Positions 37,697 to 49,975 of a stretch of 64,000 nucleotides of DNA are shown here, piece after piece; the stretch's first letter is position 1, and every line of letters starts with the position of its first letter. The DNA comes from Felis catus. Lineage: Eukaryota. The translations under genes and the position numbers were made by a program. Location of the stretch: contig NC_058368.1 in the NCBI RefSeq assembly GCF_018350175.1, forward strand, positions 222,024,001 to 222,088,000. Direction: 5' to 3'. The notes under the pieces are model-generated. The model had not been told where the DNA came from. It saw only the letters and a list, made by a program, of their open reading frames with translations, and ran no database searches.

Positions 37697-37894
37697 GGGG
37701 GTGCCTGGGTGACTCAGTTCTGTCTGACTTCAGCTCAGGTCATAATTTCATGGTGTCTGAGTTGGAATCCTGTGTTGGGCTCTCTGCTGTCAGCACAGAG
37801 CCTGCTTTGGATCCTCTGTCCCCCTCCTGCTCACGCTCTCTCTCTCCCTCTCTCTCAAAATTAAATAAATATTAAAAGAATAAAAATTTAAAAA
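37697..37894 (+). mobile_element. CanSINE
   Basis: TSD AAAGGAATGGATAACTG. Confidence 0.95.
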
Positions 37895-38164
37895 AAGGAA
37901 TGGATAACTGAATTCAATGACTTCAAGGTAAAAAATCCATCTTTGCTTTCAAAGTTCAATTATATTCTAAAATGCTTGAATTCTAACTTGCCATATAACA
38001 TTAGAAAGCATAATTTACGTTCCATATAAGGATGTAGGAGTTGTATTCCAAATGTGGAAAATAATATAGGAGCTCATTATATTTCATCTTAACTAGGTAA
38101 ATCAACAAGGGTCACATGAGGAGTTTCAGAGGGCAGCAAAAACAACTAGGAGACATTAAGGGGG

Positions 38165-38402
38165 ATACATTTATTTAGCAAACATTTATATATTATTTAC
38201 TATTTGCTAAGCGTTATTTTAATCAATTTACAAACATTAACTCGTTTAATTGTTTTGCCAGGCCTGTTATTATTCTCATTTATTGAAGAAACTGCGGCAC
38301 AGATTAGTTAAATAACTGTTCAAAGTCAACAGCTAAAACTGGTAAATCTTAGTTCTCTCCAAAGGGTCTCTCTAGAGTTCATGTTTTTAACCACCATACC
38401 AT
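38165..38402 (-). mobile_element. MIR SINE
   Basis: TTATTATTCTCATTTATTGAAGAAACTGCGGCACAGA...TTAAATAACTGTTCAAAGTCAACAGCTA (MIR core). Confidence 0.8.
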
Positions 38403-38499
38403 GTGATGTTAATGCACACTCTTTGTTTCACTGGTGTTGTATATTCTGTAAATTGTATTATATTTTTGTGTTACTTGCAAAGTATAATGGCATATAGCA

Positions 38500-38970
38500 T
38501 TTGAGTTTTATTTTTCTGTGCAAAAAAGTATCACAACATTAAGAGCATAATTCACAGGAGCAGAATTCACTACCTCACATTTGTGTTGATGAGAAGTCTA
38601 GATATTGCTCAGTTGGTTTATCTGCTAGTTTCACATTCAGGGAGTCAGGTGGACGTTCTGATCTGGAGACTCCTTGGAGAAATCTGCTTCCCAGCTTATT
38701 CGGGTTGTTGGCAGAATCCACCCATGTTTTTAAGAGTGGGTTCAGTATTTCTTTCCTTGCTATCAACCAGCAATTATGTTCATCTCTTAGAGGCAGACCT
38801 TATCAAGTACCACAAGGCCTCCTCCATTTATAAAGCCAATGATAAGAATATTCTTATGCTAAATCCCTCTTCTAATCTCTCCTATTTGGAAAAACCCATA
38901 CTTTATTCGGTCAAGTCCAATAAGAACACTCTCACTTTCTTAAAGTAAACTGATTTGGAAATTTTATTGC
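38500..38970 (-). mobile_element. MaLR LTR (MLT1D/E-like)
   Basis: GGAGAAATCTGCTTCCCAGCTTATTCGGGTTGTTGGCAGAATCCA; TTCTTAAAGTAAACTGATTTGG. Confidence 0.75.
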
Positions 38971-39047
38971 TTAATTATTGCTTGTAGAACTGAAAAAAAA
39001 AGTAGACAATTTCCATTATATAGTTGGAAACTACAACACGTCTTTAA

Positions 39048-42000
39048 TGTTCTTTTAGTTTCAAGTTTTTATTTAAATTCTAATTAGTTAACATATGGTA
39101 TAATATTAATTTCAGGTATAAAATTTACTGATACATCACATACAACATCCAGTGCTCATCACAAATGTCCTCCTAAATACCCATCATCCCACCATCCACC
39201 ACCCGCTCCAACAACTATAGTTGTTCTCTATAGTTAAGAGTCTGTTTTCTGATTTGCCTCTCTATTTTTCCCCCATGTTCATTTGATTTGTTTTTTTAAA
39301 TTCCACATATGAATTAAATCATGGTATCCATTTTTCTCTGATTTAATTTATTTTTCTTAGCATAATATGCTCTAGTTCCATCCATGTCACTGCAAATGGC
39401 AAGATTCCGTTCTTTTTGGTGGCTGAGTAATACTCCATTGTATATATACCACTTCTTTATTTGTTCACCAGTTGATGAACATTTGGGTTCTCTCCATAAT
39501 TTGGCTATTGTTGATTATGTTGCTATAGAGATTGGGGTGTCCCTTTGAATCAGTATTTTTGTGTCCTTTGGGTAAATTCTTAGTAGTGCAATTGCTAGAT
39601 GGGGTAGTTCTATTTTTCACTTTTTGAGGAAACTTCATACTGTTTCCAGAGTGGTTGAACCAGTGTGCATTCCCACCAACAGTATAAAAGGGTTCCCCTC
39701 TCTCTCCATCCTCACCAACATCTGTTGTTTCTTGTGTTGTTCATTTAAGCCATTTTGAGAGGTGTGATGTGATATCTCATAGTTTTGATTTGTATTTTCC
39801 TGATGATCAGTGATGTTGAGGATGTTTTCATGTGTCTGTTAGCCATCTAGATGCTTTCTTTGGAAAAATGTCTATTCATGTCTATTCTGCCCTTTTTTAA
39901 CTGGGTTATTTGTCTTTTGGGTATTGTGTTTGATAAGTTCTTTATAGATTTTGGATGCTAACGCTTTATCTGATATGTCACTTGCAAATATATTCTCCCA
40001 TTCAGAAGGTTGTCTTTGAGTTTTGTTGTTTGCTGTATTCTCTGTAAAGAAACTTTTTATCTTTATGAGGTCCCAATATTTTATTTTTGCTTTTGTTTCC
40101 CTTGCCTCTGGAGATGTATCTGGTAAAAAGTTGCTTCAGCCAATGTCAACAAGATTACTGCCTATAATTTCCTCTAGAACTTTGGGGGTTTCCTGTCTCA
40201 CATTTAGGTCTTTCATCCACTTTGAATTTATTTTTGTATATGGTTTGAGAAAGTGGTCCAGTTTCATTCTTCTGCATGTTGCTGTCCAGTTTTCCCAATA
40301 CTATCTGTTGACGAGGGGTCTGTCTGTTTTCCATCGGATATTCCTTCCTGCTTTGTAGAAGATGAGTTGATTATAGAATTGTGGGCCCACTTTTGGGTTT
40401 TCTGTTCTGTTCCATTGATCCATGTGTCTGTTTTTGTGCCAGTAACATACTGTCTTGATCATTACAACTTTGTCATATAACTTGAAGTTTGGAATTGTGA
40501 TGCATCCAGTGTGCTTTTTCTTTTCAAGATTGGTTTGGCTCTTCGGGGTTGTTTGTGGTTCCATATAAATTTAAGACTATTTATTCTAGGTCTGTGAAAA
40601 ATGCTGGTGGTATTTTGATAGGGATTGTATTAAATGTGTAGATTTCTTTGGTTAGTATAGACATTTTGACAATACTTGTTCTTCCAATCCATGAGCATGA
40701 GATGTTTTTCCACTTCTTTGTGTCTTCTTCGATTTTTTTCATAAGTATTTTATAGTTTTTGGCATACAGATCTTTGATCTATTTGGTTAGATTTATTCCT
40801 AGGTATCTTATGGTTTTTGGTACCATTGTAAATGGGATAAATTCCTTGATTTCTCTTTCTCTTGCTTCATTATTGGTGTACAGAAATGCAACGGATTCCT
40901 GCATGCTAATTTTATATCCTGCAACTTTGCTGAATGTATGAATCAGTTCTAGCAATTTTTTTCGTGGAATCTTTCGGTTTTCCAGGTAGAGTATCATGTC
41001 ATCTTTGAAGAGTGAAAGTTTGACTTCTTCTTTGCCAATTTGTATGCCTTTTATTTCTTTTTGTCATCTGATTGCTGAGGCTGGGACTTTCAGTCCCTGT
41101 TGAACAACAATGGTGAGAGTGGACATCCCTGTCATATTGCTGAACTAAGGGGGAAAGCTCTCAGTTTTTTTCCATTGAGGATGATATTAGCTCTGGAACT
41201 TTCATATATGGCCTTTATGATGTTGAGGTATATTTCTATCCCTACTCTTATTAGGGTTTTTATCAAGAAAAGATGCTATATTTTGTCAAATGCTTTTCTG
41301 CATCTATTGAGAGGACCGTATGGTTCTTGTCCTTTCTTTTATTAATGTGGTATATCATGTTGATTGATTCATGAATATTGAACCATCCCTGCATACCAGG
41401 GGTAAATCCCACTTGATCATGGTGAATTATTCTTTTAATGTACTGTTGAATTCTATTTGCTAGTATCTTGTTGAGAATATTTGCATCCAATTACATCAGG
41501 GATATTGGCCTGTAATTCTCCATTTCAGTGGGGTCTTTTTCTGGTGTTGGACTCAAGGTAATGCTGGCTTCATAGACTGAGTTTAGAAGCTTTCTTTCCA
41601 TGTCTATTTTTTGTAATAATTTGAGAAGAGTAAGTATTAACTCTTTCTTCTTTAAATGTTAGAATTCCCCTGGGAAGCCATTTGGCCCTGGACTTTCTTT
41701 TTTTGGGAGATTTTTTATTACTGATTCAATTTCTTTGCTGGTTATCAGTCTGTTCAAGTTTTCTATTTCTTCTTTTTTAGTTTTGGTATTTTTTTATGTT
41801 TTTAGGAATTTATCCATTTCTTCTAGATCCCCCAACTTCTTGGCATATAATTTTTCACAATTTTCTCTTATCATTGTATTTCTATGGTGTTGGTTGTAAT
41901 TTCTTCTTTCTCATTTGTGATTTTATTTATTTAGATCCTTTCTCTTTTATCTTTAATAAGTCTGACTTGGGTTTATCAATTTTATGAATTCTTTCAATGA

Positions 42001-42170
42001 ACCATCTCCTAGTTTTATTGATCTGTTCTGCTGGGTGTTGGTGTTGTTTCTATATAGTTTATTTCTGTCCTAATTTTTATGATTTCCCTTCTAGTGCTGC
42101 CTTTAGGCTTTATATGTTGTTTTCTATTTCTATCTCCTTCAGATGTAAGGTTAGGTTGCATATTTGAGAT
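39048..42170 (-). mobile_element. Carnivore L1: ORF2 (RT domain, inactivated) and 3' UTR
   Basis: Fragments translate to [38 protein letters not shown] (canonical FADD here FKDD), [24 protein letters not shown]; many stops and frameshifts. Confidence 0.97.
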
Positions 42171-42686
42171 ATGTTTGTATCATAGGAGTTCCAGAAGAAG
42201 AGGAAAAAGGTAGCAGAAGGTTTACTTGAGGAAATTATATCTGAAAAATTCTCTAATCTGAGGGAAGAAAACAGACATCCAAATCCAGGAGGCACAGAAA
42301 ACTCCATCACAATCAACAAAAGCAGGCCAACCACAACACATATCATAGTTAAATTTGCAAAATATGGGGATAAAGACAAAAAAACCCTAAAAGCAGCAAG
42401 TCAAAAGAAGCCCCTAACTTACAAGGGAAGACAAATAAGGTTAGCAATAGATCTCTACACAGAAATTTGGCAGGCAAAAAGGGAGTAGCAGGATATATTC
42501 AATGTTTGAATGAGAAAAATCCACAGCCAAGAATGCTCGATCAGCAAGGCTGTCACTCGGAATAAAAGGGGATATAAAACATTTCCCAGACTAACAGAAA
42601 CTAGAGGAATTCGTGACAACTAAACCAGCCTTGCAAGAAATATGAAAGGGGTCTCTTTGAGTGGGAAAGAAAGATCAAAAACATGA
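42171..42686 (+). mobile_element. L1 ORF1 C-terminal half, inverted relative to the adjacent ORF2
   Basis: ATCATAGGAGTTCCAGAAGAA (IIGVPEE), ACTTACAAGGGAAGACAAATAAGGTTA (TYKGRQIRL), ACTAAACCAGCCTTGCAAGAA (TKPALQE). Confidence 0.92.
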
Positions 42687-43006
42687 ATTCTTCTTTTTTT
42701 TAACAATTTTTTAAAACTACTCCAAGCAGATAAAAAATTTAGTAAAGATATAGTTGACCTATATGTGGCTAGTTATATTATGATTGTTTCATAATTTTTA
42801 ACCATCTCCTAGTGTCCTCGGTTATGATTTATCTGAGACGAAATTCACTTTCTATGGTGTTTTCTCCTAATCTCATTCATAAGCAAGTAAGATACCTTAT
42901 TTTCTCTTATATTCTTCCATTTGGTGATTTAAAGTAGAATAGTTGAATAGTAGAATAGTCCTTAGAGTGTAAAGGAGGTTTTCCTCAAGGCTACCTCTTG
43001 AGTAAC

Positions 43007-43009
<3 letters not shown>

Positions 43010-43054
<45 letters not shown>

Positions 43055-43115
43055 TATATATATATACATATATATGTACACATATACATACATATATATG
43101 TATATACTTATATAT
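43010..43115. repeat. Compound (TA)n/(CA)n microsatellite
   Basis: Directly visible. Confidence 0.95.
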
Positions 43116-44837
43116 GAGAAACAAACATCTCTTAATTAAAGTATATGTATAAATAATAATAAAGTATATATATATAATAAATAAATAAGTAATAAAGTAT
43201 ATATATTTTAGTCAAGTATATATATTTTAATTTAGATAAAAGCAGGGGTTTTAATATTCAGGAGGTAACAAGAATAACAGATGTTGATATTATTTCCTAA
43301 AGGTGTTGCATTAGCCCGACTACCATTGCTACATTACAATGCTGCTATTTTATATGTGAACATTTTATTTAGTATCTTCATCAAACAAATGATCCAATAG
43401 AGCAGCATAATTAATATGGAAGTCAAGAGATATTCCTAATATTTGAATTTATATGTTATTCAGATTTGGGAAGAAGTACATTTGAACTTAAAGGTTTATC
43501 ATGCGTTTTCTGTTATTTCTGCTATGTCTTTTCCTCATGTTCTCAATAATTTCTGGCATGCATTCTTCTTAATGCATCTTCTGGTACATAAAGCATCATT
43601 CTGTAAATTACAAATAGTACTCTGGTGAGAAGCTGATTTAGGAAAAATGCATTTACCAGTGGACTCTTACATCTATGCAAGAGCACATAGTTTGACAGGG
43701 GCAGCAGAGAGAACATAGCCTGATGGCTTTGAATGTCATTGTTTGACTGTTACCCATCTGAGAGCTGAAGAATTAGATAAAATTCAACTATATAACTTAG
43801 ACATATAAAGTAATAACATTTGCTTAGGACAAAATAAATTTAGAGATGAAAGACAATATTAGAAACACCTTAACTAAGAATTTTACATGTATACATTGAA
43901 AGGAAAAATAGTATTCTGAATAGTATTATTAGTAAAAGAACTTTGCTTTGATTTACATGTTCCAAGCTGAAAACTTCTAGACTATCTCTAGCAATAGCTA
44001 ACAGAGTAAGATTTACAATCCCCAATAGCCATTTTTCATGTCAGTGTCATTTTAGAATAAATTGATGGCTGCTAAAACTTAATTTAGCTTGAGTCTCTTC
44101 TGATCATATTTATAGTTTTACGGACAGCCATGTTCAATGCTATTATATTATATATTACAAGAAATATGCCAGGTTTAGAGTAAAAATCTATTTTAAATTC
44201 TCTGATATTCAGGAATCTTTATCAAATTGTTCTGGGCAAAGGATTTTAAACAAAACCTTTAACTTAATAAAGCACTTGATCCCAATAGAAAATCTGCCAA
44301 TATGAATCTCCACATTTTATTTTTGTATTTTCTAAAGCACATCTGACAGAGAAATTAGATATAGTCTTATGCATGCAGTCTGATATTAGATAAAAAGTTT
44401 AAACTACAGATGATACAAATTGAGTATACAGAAGGATGAATTGATATTTATGTTAGTCCTGAAAAAAGTCCATCTTTTTGAAATAAATTAAATTTATAAA
44501 TAAATTTTGAAAGCAATATGTTAGACCATTTTAGAGAGTGGACTTCCAGCTTATGATGTTAAAAAAATCATAATTATATTTGAATAACTTTTAAATGATC
44601 AAATAAGGAAAGAATTAGAAGGTTCAGTAATTCTGCATAAAGGAAGGAGAGAATATGATTATGATACCACTTATCAAATACAATATAACACTTACTATGC
44701 TGCACACTTTAGTGTATTTTGTCAACTACTTTCTTTAGGGAATGTACAACTTGATTTAGACTGGTTTATTTGTTTTTGCAATATTTTTAAAATGTATTTT
44801 GTTTGGCACATAGTTAATGTAAACATTTTCATTTAAA

Positions 44838-44868
44838 TTTTTTTTGAATATTTATTTTTCAGAGAGCA

Positions 44869-44911
<43 letters not shown>

Positions 44912-45057
44912 AGGGAAGGAGCAGAGAGAGAGGGAGACACAGAATCCAAGGCAGGTCTGTCAGCACAGAGCCTGACGTGGGACTTGAACCCACAAGCCTC
45001 ACGATCATGACTCCAGCCGAAGTTGGATGCTTAACTAACTGAGCCACTCAGGCACCA
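44838..45057 (-). mobile_element. CanSINE
   Basis: (GA)n tract, head. Confidence 0.93.
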
Positions 45058-45431
45058 CAAATGTAAATATCCTTAGAGTTACATTGACTAATACTAATAG
45101 AATCTTTCTGTTTGTGGTTGTTTAAAGGATTTGTTTTGCATTAATTTATCAAAGAATCCCTTGGTAGAGTTAATACAGCTATTAAAGACATATATATCAA
45201 TGCTAATGAGGAAAGAGAAAAATGCATTTATAGGTCACAGCTTTCTATTGCTACAAATGGAAAAAAAAGTAAGGCAGATATAATTTTTTAATCAATTGTA
45301 GTTTTTAAAATTTAAATTTAATATAGTGAATATTTATGCCTCAAAATACATTGAAGTTATAGAGTGTTTATAATTATTTGTGAGTGTTCAATTACACAGA
45401 GATCTCCAAAATCAATTTAGAGCAAAGGAAA

Positions 45432-45533
45432 ATTTTTTTTTAATTTTTAATTTTTTTTTTTATTTTAGAGAGAGAAAAAGAGAAAGAACATGAGCAGGAG
45501 GAAGGAGCAGAGGACGAGAGAGAAAGAGAGAGG

Positions 45534-45580
<47 letters not shown>

Positions 45581-45581
45581 G

Positions 45582-45621
<40 letters not shown>

Positions 45622-45974
45622 ATCTTTTTTTAAAAAAATTTTTTTTTCAACGTTTATTTATTTTTGGAACAGAGAGAGACAGAGCATGAACGGGGGAGGG
45701 GCAGAGAGAGAGGCAGACACAGAATGGGAAACAGGCTCCAGGCTCTGAGCCATCAGCCCAGAGCCCAACGCGGGGCTCGAACTCACGGACCATGAGATCG
45801 TGACCTGGCTGAAGTCGGACGCTTAACCGACTGCGCCACCCAGGCGCCCCAGAGAGAGAGACAATCTTAAGCAAGCTTCACGCAGGCTTTAGAGAGCCTG
45901 ACGCAAGGCTCAATCCCATGACCCTGGGACCATGACCTGAGCCAAAATCAAGACACTAAGCCACCCAGGCACCC
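45432..45974 (-). mobile_element. Older CanSINE with long (GA)n, split by a younger SINE
   Basis: Tail and GA tract at 45432-45624, head at 45851-45974. Confidence 0.88.
45625..45850 (-). mobile_element. Young SINEC_Fc-type element nested in the older SINE
   Basis: TSD AGAGAGAGAGACAATCTT; CpGs intact. Confidence 0.96.
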
Positions 45975-46165
45975 TGAAGACATTTTAATTATACAAATTT
46001 TTGCATAAATTACATGGATTAGTGGGCTATAAAATCTACATTACAATCTTAATCTCTCTTTTTACATTTTGTCTATGTACTATTCAATCTATTTGTGACA
46101 ATGTTTGAAAACCCACACAAATATGTACATTCTATACGTGATTTGAATTAAAATGATCTAAAAAA

Positions 46166-46380
46166 ATTTTTTTAGTGTTTATTTATTTTTGGAGAGAGAG
46201 AGAGAGACAGAGAGTGAGCAGGGGAGGGGCAGAGAGAGAGGGAGACACAGAATCCGAAGGAGGTTGCAAGCTCTGAGCTGTCAGCACAGAGCCTGATGAC
46301 GGGCTCAAACCCACAAACGGTGAGATCATGACCTAAGCTGAAGTCAAATGCTTAACCCACTGAGCCACCCTGGCGCCCCC
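46166..46380 (-). mobile_element. CanSINE
   Basis: TSD ATTAAAATGATCT. Confidence 0.95.
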
Positions 46381-46583
46381 AGGATTAAAATGATCTTGGT
46401 GGACGAAATCCCAAATATTCTATTTACTTGTGGTCTGTCTTTCTTAATGTTGCCTCCAGTTTTAAACCAACCCGAGTGCCGGACTCTGACTGTTGTGCTC
46501 ATGCTGGGGAGCCTCCGTCTATGTTTTAACACAGTGGAAGGTGACACAATTCGTTTTAGGTATGTACATAAAATTATTCAGTC

Positions 46584-46810
46584 TTTTTTTTATAATTTTT
46601 TTTTTCAACGTTTTTATTTATTTTTGGGACAGAGAGAGACAGAGCATGAACGGGGGAGGGGCAGAGAGAGAGGGAGACACAGAATCGGAAACAGGCTCCA
46701 GGCTCTGAGCCATCAGCCCAGAGCCTGACGCGGGGCTCGAACTCACGGACTCCGAGACCGTGACCTGGCTGAAGTCGGACGCTTAACCGACTGCGCCACC
46801 CAGGCGCCCC
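46584..46810 (-). mobile_element. Young SINEC_Fc-type element
   Basis: Exact 15-bp TSD AAATTATTCAGTCTT; CpGs intact. Confidence 0.97.
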
Positions 46811-47033
46811 AAATTATTCAGTCTTAAAGTGAAATGAAATGTAAAATTTTGAAAATGCAAGGAATAAATGCTGTAATAATTATTTTATTTTACTCAAGTT
46901 CAATTCTTCAAGTAATTGGCTACTCATTCCCGTTTCTTAGTTTACTTAATTTTTACAGTAACACTTCAGGTAGCGAAATACATTTCCAGATGTATTTTCT
47001 GAATGCATTTATAGGCTTTTAAGAGGGGTTCAC

Positions 47034-47225
47034 GGGCTCCAAGGTGGCTAACTCGGTTAAGCATCTGACTCTTGATTTTGGCTCCAGTATTGATCTCACG
47101 GTTTGTGATATTGAGCCCCTCATTCTCTGTTGGGGTTCTCTCTTTGCCTCTCTTTCTGCTTCTCCCCTGCTCACACTCTCTCTCTTGCGTGCTCAAAATA
47201 AATAAATAAGCACAAAAAAAAAAAA
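47034..47225 (+). mobile_element. CanSINE, older
   Basis: Head GGTGGCTAACTCGGTTAAGCATCTGACTCTTGATTT, tail. Confidence 0.9.
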
Positions 47226-48192
47226 CACTGGGCTTATTAATTTGTTCAAGGTGTCACTGGTTGGTAATGGTAACTAAGTGTGTCTAGAACCTATTATTCA
47301 GAATTTTCAAATCAATAATACCCTGCCTTCTCCCCAAAACGGAAAGAAAAAGCAACAGGTAGTGGATATCAATGGTAAGATTGTTTACCTACAATAGAAT
47401 ACTACTATTGGTCAAATTAATAAATGTTTGAATGATGAATGGAGAGGGAGTAATATTAATGATCCATGATTTATGGAGTCTCCTGTTGAGGGGTAGAAAT
47501 GAGCTGAAGATCATTTATACATTTGATTTACTCATTCTAGTAAAGAGTATTGTCATTTTTACATTTGTATCACCATAAACTAATATATTTGGACATCTTG
47601 ACTGAATTCATGCTATAGTATTTATTTAGGTTAAGAGAACCATATTTTTTTAAAACCACCAAAGACTTGAGTATAATTTAGTTTATGTTATTAAAGCCAC
47701 ATTTGCAAAGCTAAACACAATGAAGTATAGCTAAGTCCGCATGTCAGGAAAAAAAATAAAATTGAGGTTTCTAAATTGCCAAATGCCTAAGTCCAGCTAG
47801 AGTCTTAGAGACTCTAAATCCAAAGAAACAGGATTATTATTTACAAAAATGGCAAGACAGTTCCAAAGTATAGATTGGTTACCATTATGTTAGCATTTTT
47901 TTTCTGTTATCCAAGTTTGGCCCATGAAGACTATTTTATTTTAATTAATTAACAAATGAAGGAAAAAAACCCAAAATAGATCAATTTATACAGGTGCTTT
48001 ATTGCTTTTCAGAGACTTTCCACTTTTAATCCACGACCAATCATTTAAACTTTGAAACAAAATACTTATGTAGAACCTTACTACACTTTCTACAAACTTT
48101 GAATAAAATAAATTTTATTTCTGGTTCTATAAGAATCATAGTGTTTAAATAATCCCTGAACGTATATATTGACTCCTATTGAGATATTATTC

Positions 48193-48417
48193 TTTTTTAT
48201 TAAAAAAAATTAATGTTTATTTATTTTTGAGAGAGACAGAGACAGAACTTGAGCGGGGGAGGGACAGAGAGAGAGAGGGAGACACAGAATCTGAAGCAGG
48301 CTCCAGGCTCCTACCTTGTCAGCACAGAGCCTGACACGGGGCTCGAACCCACCAGCCCCGAGGTCATGACCTGAGCCAAAGTTGGACACTTAACTGACTG
48401 AGCCACCCAGGTGCCCC
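48193..48417 (-). mobile_element. CanSINE
   Basis: TSD GAGATATTATTCTT. Confidence 0.95.
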
Positions 48418-48518
48418 GAGATATTATTCTTATTATTGATCAAACATATAAACTCAAAGAGTTACAGAGCTACAACCTGTCATAATATTAAGACAAAATT
48501 TTGAGAAACAGTTCATAA

Positions 48519-48663
48519 GGACACTGGGTGGATGGCTCAGTCAGTTTAAACATTCAACTCTTGATTTCAGCTCAGGGCGTGAGATCAAGTCCCTTGTCAG
48601 CCTCTGCGCTGAGCATGAAGCCTGCCTGGGATTCTGTCCTTCTCTCTCTGATCTTACCCAGAT

Positions 48664-48694
<31 letters not shown>

Positions 48695-48700
48695 CATTAA
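48519..48700 (+). mobile_element. CanSINE, older
   Basis: Head, CT tract, AATAAA tail. Confidence 0.88.
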
Positions 48701-49759
48701 GTAACCAGCATAAATCTTCATAAATGGTTAATAATTATTGCAAAATATAAGTATTCACATATGGACATAGTGTTTGAAATAAACATAATCGTTTACTACA
48801 TAAGTAGTTCTATGTCTAAATCTTATGTCCAAATATGCTAAATACATTTTGATCTATGATTGAAGAAGAATGCAGGGACATATTTATAGATTTGTATTGA
48901 CTGAACCATGGTATAACTTAATTATTTCAGGCTTCAGGAATGTCTATCTAATTAATATAGCCAAATGTATTTTACAGTAATTCAGAGTTATTGCTACACA
49001 GGGTGAGTTATCAAAGCCAAAATCACATTTAAAGAAAATCATATGCCATCTTTGTTTTAACTCATGAAGTTTGATTGTTGCTTCATTCAAAAAAAAATTC
49101 ATATCATTTAAAATGTTCTGGAAGATAAAGCTAAAATTTGTTTCTGGTTTACTACCAAGAAAGAAAGAATGATAAATAAGCTAAAATCTAAGCCAAAACT
49201 TTCAAAGCTAAAATGCTGACCTAGAGAAGATCAGAACTTTCCTTTAAAGGCAAAAAAAAAAAAAAAAAAAAAAGTTCTCCTTGGGCGCTCCATGGGATCG
49301 GGCATAGCATTTAGCATTCTCTTGGATTCCAAAAGTTCACCTAAAATTTTAGTGGATTTTTCAGATAAGAGGGATGTTTGGGGCATGAGAAGTAAAACCA
49401 GAGAAAAATGTAAGTATTTATGGAAATTTATTTTTCTATCTTGATATATTGCTTTCAGAGGTGCTTATTAACTTGTTTTAGGCCTGGAAACATTTCAAAC
49501 ATTCAATTGTAAAGAAGGAAACTGATATGTACTTTCTCTAATATAAAATGCACATAAACACCTACAAAATTGTATAGATGATTTGTGCCATTCAATACAT
49601 AAGAAACATACCTGCGCTTCACATTTTAATCAAAAGATTTCAAGACGTTGCACTTGCTTCTGGTTCCTATAGTTGTATCATGAGTGCAGCCCACGTATTC
49701 ATTTCTGAAACTGGTGTCATGTAGATAGTAAAGTAACCCAGATGGCGTTTGCATGTTGC

Positions 49760-49975
49760 AGCGTGAAAGTATAGGCTTCAAAACTAAATTTATGTGTGAT
49801 CACGAAATTTGTATCAATTTCTCAAGACCATACCCCATTTAATAAGCTTTTTTAAGGGCTAGTATTCTTCTTTAGAATATGAAAATTCGTAACTCCTCAT
49901 CAAGGTGGTAGGGAGTAGAGATAATGAAATAATATATCTAAAACACGGCACAGTGACAAACATATAGTAGTTACA
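49760..49975 (+). mobile_element. MIR SINE, decayed
   Basis: AGATAATGAAATAATATATCTAAAACACGGCACAGTGACAAACATATAGTAG resembles the MIR 3' half. Confidence 0.5.

Noticed and set aside
40023..41987. Reverse transcriptase ORF fragments as a functional or novel RT system
   Set aside because: Ordinary L1 ORF2, broken by stops and frameshifts, with the catalytic motif altered to FKDD
49206..49273. U6 snRNA retropseudogene (CTAAAAT...AGAGAAGAT followed by poly(A))
   Set aside because: Only two short words match U6; the rest diverges and no TSD is visible
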